Below, one piece after another: positions 51,600-62,507 of a stretch of 64,000 bases of DNA; within the stretch, counting starts at the first letter, position 1, and each line of letters begins with the position of its first letter. Below the pieces are notes generated by a model that was not told the DNA's origin, made no database searches, and saw only the letters and a list, made by a program, of their open reading frames with translations. The DNA is from Candidatus Anstonellales archaeon (GTDB lineage: Archaea > Micrarchaeota > Micrarchaeia > Anstonellales > J096): positions 262,488 through 326,487 of the forward strand of contig JAWACY010000001.1 in NCBI GenBank assembly GCA_038896535.1. The letters run 5' to 3'. Both the position numbers and the translations under genes were made by a program.

Positions 51600-52412
51600 C
51601 TATTCATTAGATTCATTTTTCTCTTTTTCTGATTCATTTGCCTTCTCTCTTGTTTCTTTTCTTATCTCTATTATATCTTTCCTTATTTCCTTCAATTCTT
51701 TTACTATTTCATTTGGCTCTTTTTGTTCTGCTGTATTTATCACTGATTCGATCCTTGATATTATCTCTGCTTTGCCTGGAAACTCTGGTCTTGCTTGTAA
51801 TCTCTCTAAATAAAGGGCTGCAACATGTTTTAATGCAAGTCTTGCATGTATTTTTGCCCCCTCTCTTACAGCGTCTTTAACTTCGCCATAAACTGCTCTG
51901 AGCTCTTCTAAAGATGATGCTGCTTCGACTCTTGCCTTTAATGCCTCTAATTTATTTATCTCTTCTTCGCTTGCATTAACACTCTGTAATCTCTCTTCAA
52001 GCTTTGATATTGCTGTTAAAACAAGCTCCTTTGTTCTATTTAAATACATGCTGCAGTTCCCTTGTTTTTCACAAAGCCCCTTTGCTTCTTTCCATTTTTC
52101 TTTTACCTCCTCATACTTCTCTTTTGTCTCTTTTAATTTATCTATGACTCTTAAAACCTGCATGCCTTTTATGGATTTTGCCCATTCTGCCCTTACTTGG
52201 CCAGATTTTTCTATTGTTTTTGCTTGCTCGCTGATATTTTTCCCTAATGCAATATTACTTGCACTTTTGCTCTCATTCGTGCTCTTATTAACTGCCTCAT
52301 TGCTCGTTGGTGTTTTCACTACTTCATTCATGCCTGCATTTTCTGCTGCATTTGCAAAAACAAAACCAAGCAAAAGCAATGCAGCAAAAAATGAAAAAAT
52401 TGCCTTTTTCAT
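51600..52412 (-). CDS. secreted alpha-helical/coiled-coil hypothetical protein
   Basis: 270 aa. Sec signal (…FVFANA|AEN), then K/E-rich predicted helices. Confidence 0.4.
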   Translation of the reverse strand: MKKAIFSFFAALLLLGFVFANAAENAGMNEVVKTPTSNEAVNKSTNESKSASNIALGKNISEQAKTIEKSGQVRAEWAKSIKGMQVLRVIDKLKETKEKYEEVKEKWKEAKGLCEKQGNCSMYLNRTKELVLTAISKLEERLQSVNASEEEINKLEALKARVEAASSLEELRAVYGEVKDAVREGAKIHARLALKHVAALYLERLQARPEFPGKAEIISRIESVINTAEQKEPNEIVKELKEIRKDIIEIRKETREKANESEKEKNESNE

Positions 52413-52489
52413 TTTATCACCAAAATTTCAATGCTTGAAATTATATTTAAATAAATATTTTACCATAGTTTCAAAATATGAAACTGTCA

Positions 52490-53062
52490 TTAAATTATGC
52501 CCAGTTTTTTACATCTATCAATAACATTATCGCTAAGCCTTATAAGATTCATTCTTGTGCTTCTATCAACAATAATAAGCCCCTTTTTTTCTAATTTTTC
52601 AACAAGCCTAGTCATATCAACTTTATTTAAGTTTAATTCTTTTCTTAAATGAAATTGATATGCTTGGCCTTTATTTATTAAAAGCTGTCTGAAAAATTCT
52701 TTCTCTTTACCAGAAAGAAGAAACAATGCATCATCAACAACAAATTCTGCTCTTTTCTCAAAAAAATAAAAGCACAACGCAAAACCTATTATAAAACTTA
52801 ATATGGATATTGCAATAAAACCAAATATGTTATATGATTCATTTTGTTTATTTATCTCTAATAATAACTTCAAATCTTCCTTTGACAATGTATCTATAAT
52901 TTCTGGTTGAATATCAAACTTTTTTGACAATGAATCAATATAAAGGGTTGCAGTTATTACAAATAATAAAAATAGCATAATGAGCAAAAATATTGCATAT
53001 CTTTCTTTTTTTGGGATATTATTCGCCAGACTATTTATTAAATTTCTTATTTTAGATACCAT
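52490..53062 (-). CDS. membrane-anchored winged-helix (MarR/ArsR-like) putative regulator
   Basis: 190 aa. Two TM segments followed by a C-terminal wHTH-like segment (…LNLNKVDMTRLVEKLEKKGLIIV…). Confidence 0.4.
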   Translation of the reverse strand: MVSKIRNLINSLANNIPKKERYAIFLLIMLFLLFVITATLYIDSLSKKFDIQPEIIDTLSKEDLKLLLEINKQNESYNIFGFIAISILSFIIGFALCFYFFEKRAEFVVDDALFLLSGKEKEFFRQLLINKGQAYQFHLRKELNLNKVDMTRLVEKLEKKGLIIVDRSTRMNLIRLSDNVIDRCKKLGII

Positions 53063-53114
53063 AATTAAATTTATATGTTGGGTTTTTAAACCCTTCTATT
53101 ACTAAATTTATAAC

Positions 53115-53708
53115 ATGACAAAAGAACGTTTTGAAAATTCCTATTGTAGAAAAGTTATTTTGACAAGGGGCAAGGCAATTTCAATGATAAATGAGTTTTT
53201 TGTTGGATTTGACGCTCCATATAAAGCATGGATATTCTCTAAATATAAGGATTTAGAAAAAAATGCAGACCTTGAAAGCTTGAGGAATTTTTTAGCAACT
53301 ATGGAAATATTAAAAAGGCAGGGAAAGAAAAGCTTATATAATTACTTTTTAACTGGCCTTTATGTAGCTATCCCATTGGCAAAGCATGATAAAAAAATTG
53401 GCAGTGCATTTATTGAAACATTGGAAAATTGCATGAAATGTAGTGCAAACAATAATATATTGGGCATTTGCATAGAAAACTTATTGGAGAATAAAAACCT
53501 TGATCATTCAAAAAATGAACTTGCTGGCATAATAAAAGTAGCATGTGAAACATTGAGCTTCATACTTGAGCAGCAAGAAGGAAGAAGAAAAAATATGCTT
53601 GTTTTATTTTATAATATTCTAAAAAATGATGAACCGAAGCTATTATTGCAAAATATTGAAAGCATAAACATTACAGCGATGAGGAAATTAAAATCGCAAT
53701 TCATTTAA
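53115..53708 (+). CDS. hypothetical protein, divergent from the DNA MTase
   Basis: 197 aa, mostly alpha-helical by composition, several Cys. No PD-ExK motif recognised. Confidence 0.35.
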   Translation: MTKERFENSYCRKVILTRGKAISMINEFFVGFDAPYKAWIFSKYKDLEKNADLESLRNFLATMEILKRQGKKSLYNYFLTGLYVAIPLAKHDKKIGSAFIETLENCMKCSANNNILGICIENLLENKNLDHSKNELAGIIKVACETLSFILEQQEGRRKNMLVLFYNILKNDEPKLLLQNIESINITAMRKLKSQFI

Positions 53709-53826
53709 GAGAAAAAATGCAAAGATCAAATAATAAGGCAAAAGGATTTGTTGTTACTTTTATTGATAGCAGAGCAGATATTTTTGTTATATAAATTTTA
53801 ATATAAATTTTATTTGATAACAATTT

Positions 53827-54942
53827 TTATTTCATACCAGATATTAAGACTTCCCTTACATTGTGAATGTGCCAATTTATTCTAGTTTTTCTTATCTTCC
53901 CTATCGTTATTTTTATATTTTTAAACCCTAAATCAGCCATAATATTAGCTATATCATTATCTATTTCAATACTCATGTTATGAATAAGTGCATTGCTAAC
54001 ATTATAGTAAATTTTACCACCTTTTTTTAATACCCTGTAAGCTTCATTAAAGAATTCTTTTGTTGCTTTAAGATAGGCATTAACAATCATTTCCTTATGC
54101 TCACCATAACTTCCTTTACCAGATAAAAACGATGGAAAAAGGGCCTTTCTAAGCTTTTTTGATGCATACTTATCTAATGTTAAAACAGCAAGTTCAATGC
54201 TATAAATTTTTGAATAATCGACGTTGTTTATATATGGCGGGGAAGTTATTATAGTAGAAAACATGTCATTATTGAATGGCATATCTCTTGCATCGCCCAG
54301 ATATGGCTTTGCTTTATAACATATTTTTCCAAGCTTTTCCTTTTCAGCTGTTATTTTCAAATCTTTTATCATTTTCTTTGCTTGCATTCTGTAAGCTTTA
54401 TAAAAATCTGCAACATTTTTTCTTTTATCAATCTTTAATACCCCTCCATCTTTTCTTATGTATGTTATAATAGGCAGTATTGATATCAAGCATAACAGAG
54501 CAAGTGCTTTTGCCTTTTCTAAATATTCTATTGCTTTTCTTGCTCTAAAAAAAGGCCTTATATTTCTTAAAGGCATTATGTCATAGAAACTAAAAAGCTC
54601 TGAATCAACATATAGCTCATCTTTAAAATTTTTTAATTCATTTATAAAATGCTCAAATTCATCTATTTCTTCAATTTCATGTTTTGATGTTTTTGTTTTT
54701 GTAATGAAATATGACAGCTCACTTATGTCAAGGCCATAACTATCTATGCAGCGTTCATTACAAGCGAGTAATGTTGTGCCAGAGCCCATAAATGGGTCTA
54801 ACACTGGCTCTTTTATTTCTATAAAATCAAAAAGCCTTGGGGAAAAGCCCTCTTTATAATAAAACCACCTATGAACAGGCATGTTTTTTGCTTCTTCAAA
54901 AGAAAAGTATTTGCCAATTTCAAAATTATTTTCTATAAGCAT
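53827..54942 (-). CDS. N4/N6 DNA methyltransferase (PF01555-like, alpha-class motif order)
   Basis: Motif I DPFMGSGTT near the N-terminus and motif IV TSPPY about 170 aa later. Confidence 0.7.
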   Translation of the reverse strand: MLIENNFEIGKYFSFEEAKNMPVHRWFYYKEGFSPRLFDFIEIKEPVLDPFMGSGTTLLACNERCIDSYGLDISELSYFITKTKTSKHEIEEIDEFEHFINELKNFKDELYVDSELFSFYDIMPLRNIRPFFRARKAIEYLEKAKALALLCLISILPIITYIRKDGGVLKIDKRKNVADFYKAYRMQAKKMIKDLKITAEKEKLGKICYKAKPYLGDARDMPFNNDMFSTIITSPPYINNVDYSKIYSIELAVLTLDKYASKKLRKALFPSFLSGKGSYGEHKEMIVNAYLKATKEFFNEAYRVLKKGGKIYYNVSNALIHNMSIEIDNDIANIMADLGFKNIKITIGKIRKTRINWHIHNVREVLISGMK

Positions 54943-54956
54943 GCTATCACTATTTT

Positions 54957-55577
54957 TTATTCAAGCCTTACAGCAATTGTTAATCTATAAACCCTTTTTC
55001 CCTGTTTTGCAGTATGTAGTTTTCTTGATAATTTATAATTTTTTATACCAATGTTCGTTATTAAATTTAATAAAGCTTTAGAGCTTCCAACATATATGTT
55101 TATGCCCTCTTTAATTTCTTCTATTTTTGATATGAATGTATGCCTTTTAAGCATTTTTATTATCATATTCGCAAATTGCTCTTGCTTTTCCTTTTCGCCC
55201 CTTATTTGCAATATGCCCTCATAATAACTTCCCTTCTTCTTTAAACATTCATGGCATGTTACATAATTAAAATTAATGTTTATTGGCATTGTGTATTCAA
55301 AGTCCCCTTTTTCTCCTTCTATAACAATTATGGCCTCTTTGTTATTTATATCAACATATGCCTCTTTGAAATTACCTTTTATTTTTTTCGCTATCAAGCT
55401 TTCGAGCCCATTTATTGTGAGTTGCTGCCATTTGTTATTAATGAAATATTTTCCGCAATTCTTGCACTGTTTTATATCAATAGATTTTGGCATTTTTACT
55501 TCTGGGACATAACAAGAAGTGCAAAAAAGCCCAATTTCAGTTTCTTTTCCGCATTTAATACATTTTTCCATAAGCAA
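54957..55577 (-). CDS. NMD3-family ribosome biogenesis/export adaptor-like protein (short archaeal form)
   Basis: CIKCGKET...LCTSCY then CKNCGKY....W, two treble-clef Zn motifs arranged as in the NMD3 N-terminus. Confidence 0.5.
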   Translation of the reverse strand: MLMEKCIKCGKETEIGLFCTSCYVPEVKMPKSIDIKQCKNCGKYFINNKWQQLTINGLESLIAKKIKGNFKEAYVDINNKEAIIVIEGEKGDFEYTMPININFNYVTCHECLKKKGSYYEGILQIRGEKEKQEQFANMIIKMLKRHTFISKIEEIKEGINIYVGSSKALLNLITNIGIKNYKLSRKLHTAKQGKRVYRLTIAVRLE

Positions 55578-57525
55578 GCTTCCTCAAAAGGTTATTTTTT
55601 TCTTTAGAATCTTTCAATATGATTTTTAATACATCTTTTATATTATGTGCTGCATGTACTTTTATTTTTTTCTTTAATTTCTCACTCAAATCTTTTAAGT
55701 TGCTCGCAGGTATTATAAGTTCTTTTGCACCTATTTCTATTGCTGCCTCTGCTTTAGCATTAATGCCACCAACAGGTAAAACATTGCCCCTAACATCCAG
55801 AGAACCAGTTAATGCAACATCCTGCTTTATTGGCACTTGAGTAAAAGCAGATAATACTGCAACAGCAACGCTCACACTTGCTGAATCGCCCTCTACTCCT
55901 TCATATGTTTGCAAAAATTGAACATGTATATCTTTTTTTACTATACTTGTTCCTATGTATTTTTTTATTATTGCAGAAACATTTTGCACAGCTTCTTTTG
56001 CGATTGACCCAAGTTTTCCAGTTGCTATTATTCTTCCTTCAACTTCGCTGGCTGATGGCGTTACTTCAGCAACAATTGGAAGTGCAATGCCTTTATTCGT
56101 GTTTCCAATAACAGCAAGGCCATTTGCTCTTCCTACTTCATAACCTTTTGTGTATATTACCTGATATTCCTTTTTTCTCTTTACATACTCATCAGCTATT
56201 TGTGCTTCAACTGCTTTTGCTGCGCTCCTTGCTTTTATGACATGCTCTTTTTCAACATATTTGCTGCCTTCTTTTACAGCAATGTCTCCAGCAGCTCTTA
56301 CAAGGCCCCCAAGTTCTCTTAAATTAAGGCTTAACCTTCCTTTTCTGCCTGCCATTAACCTCGCTTGTTCTATTATTTCAAGCACAGCATCTCTTGTGAA
56401 ATGCGGGATCTTGCCATCTTTTTTTACTTCCTGCGCTACAAACCTAGCAAGCTTCTCCCAGTTTTCTTTATTATCATCCATGTCTGTTTCCATAAAAACC
56501 TCATATCCATTGCCTCTTATTCTGCTTCTCAATGCCGGATGTAAAGCCCTTAAATCCATTTCATTACCAGCAGCAACAAGTATGAAATCACAAGGTGCTG
56601 GTTGCGTTTTTACTAATGCTCCAGAACTCATTTCACTCTGTCCGGTTATGCTATATTGCTTCTCTTGCATTGCTGTTAAAAGTTCTTGTTGCCAATTAAG
56701 CTTTAAAGATGCTATTTCGTCAATAAAAAGCACACCCTTATGTGCTTTATGTATTGCTCCTGCTTCAACTCTTAAATGTGCTGGCGTTCCTAGCCCACCA
56801 CTTTGCAAAGGATCATGTTTAACATCCCCCAATAATGCCCCTGCCTTTGCTCCAGTCGCATCTATGAACGGCGCTTGTTTTTTGCCAGTGTTGTCAACAA
56901 TGAGCTTTGGCTTTATTGTTTCAAATTGCATTGGCCTGGCACTGCTCAATAGAGAGTAAAATAAGTAAAGTAAGCCAAACGCAAACAACGCTGATAATAA
57001 AAACCATCTAGCATTATTATCTATGTTAAAGAAAAATAGCCCGACACCTATTAAAAAAAGCAATAATAAAATAAGTCCAGTAGGTAAGCCCTGTTTTTTA
57101 TCCTGCCTTTGTGAAGATGCTTTTATTATCCTTCTACCAAGGCCTTCCTGTAAAATGTCAGGTAATTCATCTTTTTTATGTATTAATATTTTTCCTATTT
57201 CATCTTTTGTATATGCTTGGAAAAGCTCTGGATTTTTAATTAAATATTCCCTATCTGGATATGTTTTAACGCTTTTTATGATAGGCTCATTTTCCATAAT
57301 ATTGTTTGGATATGCCAGCAAATCCTCAAGCTCTGTTTTTGGTAATAACTCTGCCATTCCTTGTGCCAGCATACTTTTTCCTGTTCCAGGAGGCCCTATT
57401 AAAAGCACATGCCTTCTTTGCTTTGCTGCTAATTTTATTATCTCAACTGCTCTTTCTTGTCCTATAACTTGATCTATTATTTTTGAGGGCACTTCTATTT
57501 CTTCTGTTGTTTTGAATTTCAGCAT
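55555..57525 (-). CDS. lonB: archaeal membrane-bound Lon protease LonB
   Basis: AAA+ Walker A GPPGTGKS interrupted by two TM helices, and a C-terminal Lon protease domain with the Ser-Lys dyad region. Confidence 0.9.
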   Translation of the reverse strand: MLKFKTTEEIEVPSKIIDQVIGQERAVEIIKLAAKQRRHVLLIGPPGTGKSMLAQGMAELLPKTELEDLLAYPNNIMENEPIIKSVKTYPDREYLIKNPELFQAYTKDEIGKILIHKKDELPDILQEGLGRRIIKASSQRQDKKQGLPTGLILLLLFLIGVGLFFFNIDNNARWFLLSALFAFGLLYLFYSLLSSARPMQFETIKPKLIVDNTGKKQAPFIDATGAKAGALLGDVKHDPLQSGGLGTPAHLRVEAGAIHKAHKGVLFIDEIASLKLNWQQELLTAMQEKQYSITGQSEMSSGALVKTQPAPCDFILVAAGNEMDLRALHPALRSRIRGNGYEVFMETDMDDNKENWEKLARFVAQEVKKDGKIPHFTRDAVLEIIEQARLMAGRKGRLSLNLRELGGLVRAAGDIAVKEGSKYVEKEHVIKARSAAKAVEAQIADEYVKRKKEYQVIYTKGYEVGRANGLAVIGNTNKGIALPIVAEVTPSASEVEGRIIATGKLGSIAKEAVQNVSAIIKKYIGTSIVKKDIHVQFLQTYEGVEGDSASVSVAVAVLSAFTQVPIKQDVALTGSLDVRGNVLPVGGINAKAEAAIEIGAKELIIPASNLKDLSEKLKKKIKVHAAHNIKDVLKIILKDSKEKNNLLRKLAYGKMY

Positions 57526-57583
57526 ATAATAAATTTTCTATAAATTATTTTTTAAACTTACTGCATTGTACATATAAGATAAG

Positions 57584-57778
57584 GTTAGCTCCTTCTTCAC
57601 AAAGTTAATAATAGGGGCTGGATGTTTGTAAGAAGGCGCACATATAAGGGCATTGCCTTCTTACCTGGAAGATTGTAAGAAGGCATGTATATAAGCCAAT
57701 TTGCCTTCTTCCCACAGGTAATAATAGGGGCGGGATGTTTGTAAGAAGGCGCGTATAATAGGGTTAGCGCCTTCTTAC
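57584..57778. repeat. tandem array B: inverted copy of the hairpin-repeat family (three full units plus one degenerate unit)
   Basis: Units at about 57628-57664, 57675-57712 and 57741-57778 (GTAAGAAGGC...GCCTTCTTAC). The reverse complement matches the unit/spacer order of array A, including the short spacer AATCTTCCAG. Confidence 0.85.
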
Positions 57779-57799
57779 CCTCTATTTTAAAACTTTTAG

Positions 57800-58936
57800 T
57801 TGAATATTTCTGGCATGAAAGAAGTACATAAATTGACATGGGCTTTTTGGGCGTTGGAAAAAGATAAAATAATAGATATAATAATACTAATAAGGGTTTT
57901 GTCTATAAGCCTTGTTTCGATATTTTTACCAGCATATTTTTTAAAAGATTTTTCAATTGATGCATTTATCTATTATTTTGCTGGTTATGCACTTGCAGGC
58001 TTGACAGCAGTTTATTCCATTTCATATTTAGTAAAAAGCAAAATGAATGATAAAGCAATGCTTATTTCTGTTTTGTGTTTTGCTCTTGGCATGATCTTTA
58101 TGCAGCAAAAGAGTTATGCTGCAATATTTATAGCTTCATTCCTGCTTGCTGTTGCAGAAAGGGCATTTTGGATACCGTTTCATTATATATATTCACTTAC
58201 AGTTGATAAAAAAGAAAAGGCATATGCCATTATAAATAGCATTGTATATTTAGCCCCATTTTTAAGTCCTTTAATAGGGCTTTTAATAGTCGATTTTTTT
58301 GGTTTTGATTCTCTTTTCACATTTGCACTCATTTTTTATAGTTTGAATATAATATTGTATAAATTTACAAATCTAAAAATAAGAAAGAAATTTAATATAA
58401 AGCCAGTTTTAAGGTTTGATGGGCTTTATTTTGCTGATGTGTTAAAGACAAATGTCCTTGGTTTAATATGGCCTACAATGCTCTTAATATTCGGTTGGGA
58501 ATTAAAAGACATCATATTTCTTTTTTCAGTTTGTTATTTAATATCTGGTTTGATATCATTATTTAATGCACAGTATTTAAATGCAAAAATAAGAACAACG
58601 CTAAGCCCAAAGCTTGCTTTTGTGCATAGCCTATCAATATTATTAAGAGCATTTCCAGCACCTTTAATAAATGGCATATCAGCTTTGATTGGTTTTTCTG
58701 CTAATGTTATTTTTGATTCTCATTATATGGCTTACTTTTACAGCAGGGCAAAAAATAATATATCAGAAGTAATTAATAGAGAGCTTAACATTGCATTTGG
58801 TTATATATTCTTATTTTTATCTTCTTTCATATTTAGCATTTTTACATATGAAACATTTGTTTTCCTAATGTTGCTAACTGCAATTGGCTCCATGTATGTC
58901 TCAGTATTTTTCACAAAGCATGAATATAAGGAATAA
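57800..58936 (+). CDS. polytopic membrane protein (MFS-transporter-like)
   Basis: 378 aa with about 10-12 hydrophobic helices. Confidence 0.45.
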   Translation: MNISGMKEVHKLTWAFWALEKDKIIDIIILIRVLSISLVSIFLPAYFLKDFSIDAFIYYFAGYALAGLTAVYSISYLVKSKMNDKAMLISVLCFALGMIFMQQKSYAAIFIASFLLAVAERAFWIPFHYIYSLTVDKKEKAYAIINSIVYLAPFLSPLIGLLIVDFFGFDSLFTFALIFYSLNIILYKFTNLKIRKKFNIKPVLRFDGLYFADVLKTNVLGLIWPTMLLIFGWELKDIIFLFSVCYLISGLISLFNAQYLNAKIRTTLSPKLAFVHSLSILLRAFPAPLINGISALIGFSANVIFDSHYMAYFYSRAKNNISEVINRELNIAFGYIFLFLSSFIFSIFTYETFVFLMLLTAIGSMYVSVFFTKHEYKE

Positions 58937-58956
58937 TGTAAAGTATTTTTTCATTT

Positions 58957-60339
58957 TTATTTCTTTTTAATTGACGCTAAAAGAGATTTTATTTTTTTCC
59001 TTGTTTTTTCTATCTCAGCATTTAACATTTCATGCTCCTGCTCAATATCTGTTATTTTACTATTTAATTGTTCTTCTATCTGCTCAAGCTTTTCTGCGTA
59101 TGATTCAAAAGCTTTTATTGCAATCTTATTTATTTCTTTTTCATAAGCCTCTCTATACTTATTCATACTGCTCTCTAATTCAGAAACATCATTTCTGTAT
59201 TTCAATGCAATATCCTCTATCAATTTTTCTACTTTTTCTGTTTCATCTAATTTTTTCTTAAGCCTCTCTTCAAGGCCGCCCTTTTTATCCATCTGCTCAA
59301 CAATATGCCCGAGCCTTTGTTCCATTTGCTTTTTCTCATCTGCTAAACGTGAAATTGCGTCAGAGGTCTTAACCATCAAATTTGCTATTTCATCAAATTG
59401 TAATGATAATTTTGCAAGCATTCTTTCATGTTCTTTAATTGCTTTATCTATCTCTTGTATTGAATCTTTTATTGTTTTTATCTCTCCATTTACTTTTTTC
59501 ATTTCTTCAGAGAAGGAATCGAGCTCATTCTTCAGAAGCATTTTATAATCTCTAATGCCATTTTTTATTGATTCAATATTATTTGCCTGCCCTTTTATAA
59601 GATTTTGAAGCTCAGTTAAAGATAAGCGATTTTCTTTATTAGTAATCTTTTTTAGCAAATCTAATGAATGCAATGCTTCTTCTTTCAATAATGACAATTT
59701 CTTCTGCGCTTCAAGCATTGAGTCTATTACAGCATTAACTTCTGCTTCAGCTTCATTATAAATTTGTTTTGCCTTTACTTTTTCTAAATATTCTCTTTTT
59801 GCTAAAAGTTCATGTAATACTGCTTGCTGTTTCTCTATCTCCTTTATTATTTCTTTTACATGCCCTGCTTTTGCTTCCTGCTTTTCCCTAACTTTCCCTA
59901 CATTTTCTTGTTCTTTGCTTCTATATAAGCCCTTGCCATGCTTTTCTTGACTGCGTTTTATTTTCTGGCCGTTTTTTATTTCTCCAGCGATGTTAATATT
60001 GCCGTATTCTTTTTCTTGCATTTTTGTTTGTTCCTTAATCTCATTTTTTATGATTTCTTGATTTATTGCTTGCTTGGCACTTTCTTGAATTTGTTCTTCG
60101 CTTATTCTTGGCTTATCTTCTTCTTCAAAGTTATCGTGTTCAAGAAGCCATATAGCATATTTCTTGGTAAATTTATACTCTATTTTTACATACCCCTCTT
60201 CGCTTAAAATCTGAAGCCAGTAATTAACTTTTAATGGGTCCATGTTTAGATGTGCAGCAATGTCTTCAATGCTTGCCCTCTTCTCTTTTGCAATATACTT
60301 TATTAATTTATCAACATCAGTATTTATGGAAATCTCCAT
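58957..60339 (-). CDS. long coiled-coil protein with N-terminal winged-helix-like domain
   Basis: 460 aa. N-terminal about 60 aa wHTH-like (…IEDIAAHLNMDPLKVNYWLQILSEEGYVKI…), then about 350 aa of heptad-rich K/E sequence. Confidence 0.4.
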   Translation of the reverse strand: MEISINTDVDKLIKYIAKEKRASIEDIAAHLNMDPLKVNYWLQILSEEGYVKIEYKFTKKYAIWLLEHDNFEEEDKPRISEEQIQESAKQAINQEIIKNEIKEQTKMQEKEYGNINIAGEIKNGQKIKRSQEKHGKGLYRSKEQENVGKVREKQEAKAGHVKEIIKEIEKQQAVLHELLAKREYLEKVKAKQIYNEAEAEVNAVIDSMLEAQKKLSLLKEEALHSLDLLKKITNKENRLSLTELQNLIKGQANNIESIKNGIRDYKMLLKNELDSFSEEMKKVNGEIKTIKDSIQEIDKAIKEHERMLAKLSLQFDEIANLMVKTSDAISRLADEKKQMEQRLGHIVEQMDKKGGLEERLKKKLDETEKVEKLIEDIALKYRNDVSELESSMNKYREAYEKEINKIAIKAFESYAEKLEQIEEQLNSKITDIEQEHEMLNAEIEKTRKKIKSLLASIKKK

Positions 60340-60351
60340 GAAACCACCAAA

Positions 60352-60885
60352 TTAAGATGCAAATCCTATGTCTTTATCTTTTATCAATATTTTCCATGTT
60401 CCAGATAATTTTTTGCTTGCTTTTCTATATGCTTCTTGTACAACAGGAATAAATTGCTTATATGTATAAACAGAAAAAACAGGCTGCCCTTGCCTTATTA
60501 GTGCTGCTTTATGTGTTGGTTTACCAAATGCTCTTCTCATACCTTTACTTATTCTATCTGCTCCGGCGCCAGCAACCATCCTGTTTTCCCTTATAATATG
60601 ATGCGGATATGGTCTGACTCTAAAAAAGTATTTGCCGCTTGCGCCCTTCTCAAGCTGTCTAACAACAGTTTGCCTTGATGCTTCTAAGGCATTATCCCTA
60701 TGGTAATATGTCTGCTCTGCAACAAGCTCTATTAAAACTTCATAATTTTGCTTAACGCCTGTTTGGAATTGGTGTAAATGTTGATGTGGCTCTGTTTTGA
60801 CATAATTTTTACTCATGTTGCTTTTGCTTTTTCTTGTATATGGCACTTTATCAACATCTCTAAATGTTCTTGCGGGTCTTATTGG
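60352..60885 (-). CDS. rpl10e: 50S ribosomal protein L10e (uL16)
   Basis: MPIRPARTFRDVDKVPYTRKS... is the uL16/L10e signature. Start placed at MPIRP. Confidence 0.85.
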   Translation of the reverse strand, partial: PIRPARTFRDVDKVPYTRKSKSNMSKNYVKTEPHQHLHQFQTGVKQNYEVLIELVAEQTYYHRDNALEASRQTVVRQLEKGASGKYFFRVRPYPHHIIRENRMVAGAGADRISKGMRRAFGKPTHKAALIRQGQPVFSVYTYKQFIPVVQEAYRKASKKLSGTWKILIKDKDIGFAS

Positions 60886-60981
60886 CATAATTACCACCTA
60901 TAATAGATTATATATGTGAAGCATACATATTTTAAATATAACGAAACATTAACATTTCATATGAGAAGGCATTTGCACATG

Positions 60982-61491
60982 CACATGTTCAAAAAAGTAC
61001 ATAATAAAAATAAATTATTACTCTTTTTATTCATTTTTATCATTGCCCTTGTTAATGGCTGCTTAGTAAGGAAAGACCTAGTCTTAGCAAGAAATTGCAA
61101 TGCCCTTGATGGCACTGACAAGCTTGATTGCTATTATGAGAAGGCACTTTACCACACTTTTGATGGAGAATACAATGCAGCATTTCAGCAATGTCAACAG
61201 ATAAGCGCTGGTTTTGGTGGTGGCCTAACATCAATAAAACAGGTTTTCTCTGGAGTTGATGAAGCTTATTACAATAAATGCGTAACAAATATAGCAGTTG
61301 TAAGCTTAAATGATAGTTGGTGCTCCCAAACGAAATCAGGAACAATTACTGGCATATTCACTTCTATCATAGATTTACATAAAGAAGAATGTCTATCTGC
61401 TGTTAGAGAGGAAATAAGAAAAAGGTCTGGTATGGCAAGCATGAGTAATATGTGGGAATGCATTTTAAACCCCTACAGTAGGAGTTGTTGA
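60982..61491 (+). CDS. Cys-rich putative lipoprotein
   Basis: Start placed at MFKKVHNK…ALVNGC (lipobox-like). 10 Cys in the mature part. Confidence 0.35.
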   Translation, partial: HMFKKVHNKNKLLLFLFIFIIALVNGCLVRKDLVLARNCNALDGTDKLDCYYEKALYHTFDGEYNAAFQQCQQISAGFGGGLTSIKQVFSGVDEAYYNKCVTNIAVVSLNDSWCSQTKSGTITGIFTSIIDLHKEECLSAVREEIRKRSGMASMSNMWECILNPYSRSC

Positions 61492-61752
61492 AATAAGAAA
61501 AGTAATAACATAACAAACTAATAATTAAAAGCTAAGCTAATAATTAAAAACTCTTACTTGAAAATACATATATGGGACAAAAGGGACAAACTAAAAGGGA
61601 AGGGGAAAAAGAAAAGCTTGGTGTATTTGGGAGAAAAATGTAAAAAAGTTTATGATGCAAGTTCTTAATGCAAGTTTAAGGCAAAAGGCCACTTAGACTT
61701 AAAAAAGCTGATATTGGCTTACTTATAATGTTTAATTTTAATGTTTATAATT

Positions 61753-62376
61753 TTATTCTCCTTCTAATTCAAGCCTCTCAAAATATGATATTGGCACTTT
61801 AAATTCGTCATATGATTTAATTTTTCCTTCTTTTAAAAGCATCTCCCTTACAAAAAGCCAGAAAAATACTGCAAGGCTTTTTCTGCCTTTATTGTTCATT
61901 GGTATTACATAATTTATTCCATTAGCACTATTATCAGTATCAACAAGCCCTATAATAGGAATTTTCATATAACTCGCCTCTTTTATTGCTTCTCTTTCGC
62001 TTCTAGGATCGCATACTATCACAATGCTTGGCTCTCTAAATTGTTTTGCCTCAGGATTTGTGAAAGTACCAGGAATGAACCTTTTTGATACAATATCAAT
62101 CTTTGGCAAAAACTTCTGCGCTTTTTTAGCAGCATTTGTTGCATAAACCCTTGTTGCTATTATGCATATTTCTTCTTGTTTATAATTTTTTAATTCATTT
62201 ATTGCATCTCTTATCCCATTATCTATTGCTTTCATATCTATTATGTATATTCCATCTTTCCTTTTTTTGTATATGAATTTTATTGTATCTGCATTTCTTA
62301 ACTTTGTCCCTATATGAATGCCTGATTCAAGGTATTTCTCAACAGGCAATAAAAGCCCAGAAGTTTCTTCTTCCAT
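61753..62376 (-). CDS. rps2: 30S ribosomal protein S2 (uS2)
   Basis: 207 aa. uS2 core (…GIHIGTK…, …DPRSEREAIKEASYMKIPIIGLVDTD…). Confidence 0.9.
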   Translation of the reverse strand: MEEETSGLLLPVEKYLESGIHIGTKLRNADTIKFIYKKRKDGIYIIDMKAIDNGIRDAINELKNYKQEEICIIATRVYATNAAKKAQKFLPKIDIVSKRFIPGTFTNPEAKQFREPSIVIVCDPRSEREAIKEASYMKIPIIGLVDTDNSANGINYVIPMNNKGRKSLAVFFWLFVREMLLKEGKIKSYDEFKVPISYFERLELEGE

Positions 62377-62401
62377 TTTATCCCTCTTATTTTATCTTTA
62401 A

Positions 62402-62491
62402 TGGGGCCGCCGAGATTTTCAGGCTTATACCTTTTGAACTCGGATCACAGGCACCCCAAGCCTGCAGGCTTCCAGGTTACCCCACGGCCCC
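62402..62491 (-). tRNA. tRNA-Pro(GGG) with a putative 17-nt intron in the T-loop
   Basis: Acceptor GGGGCCG/CGGCCCC. Anticodon stem CAGGC/GCCTG with loop TTGGGGT. T-stem CCGAG/CTCGG enclosing TTCAAA[AGGTATAAGCCTGAAAA]T. Confidence 0.6.
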
Positions 62492-62507
62492 TTTCTCTTC
62501 TTTCTTA

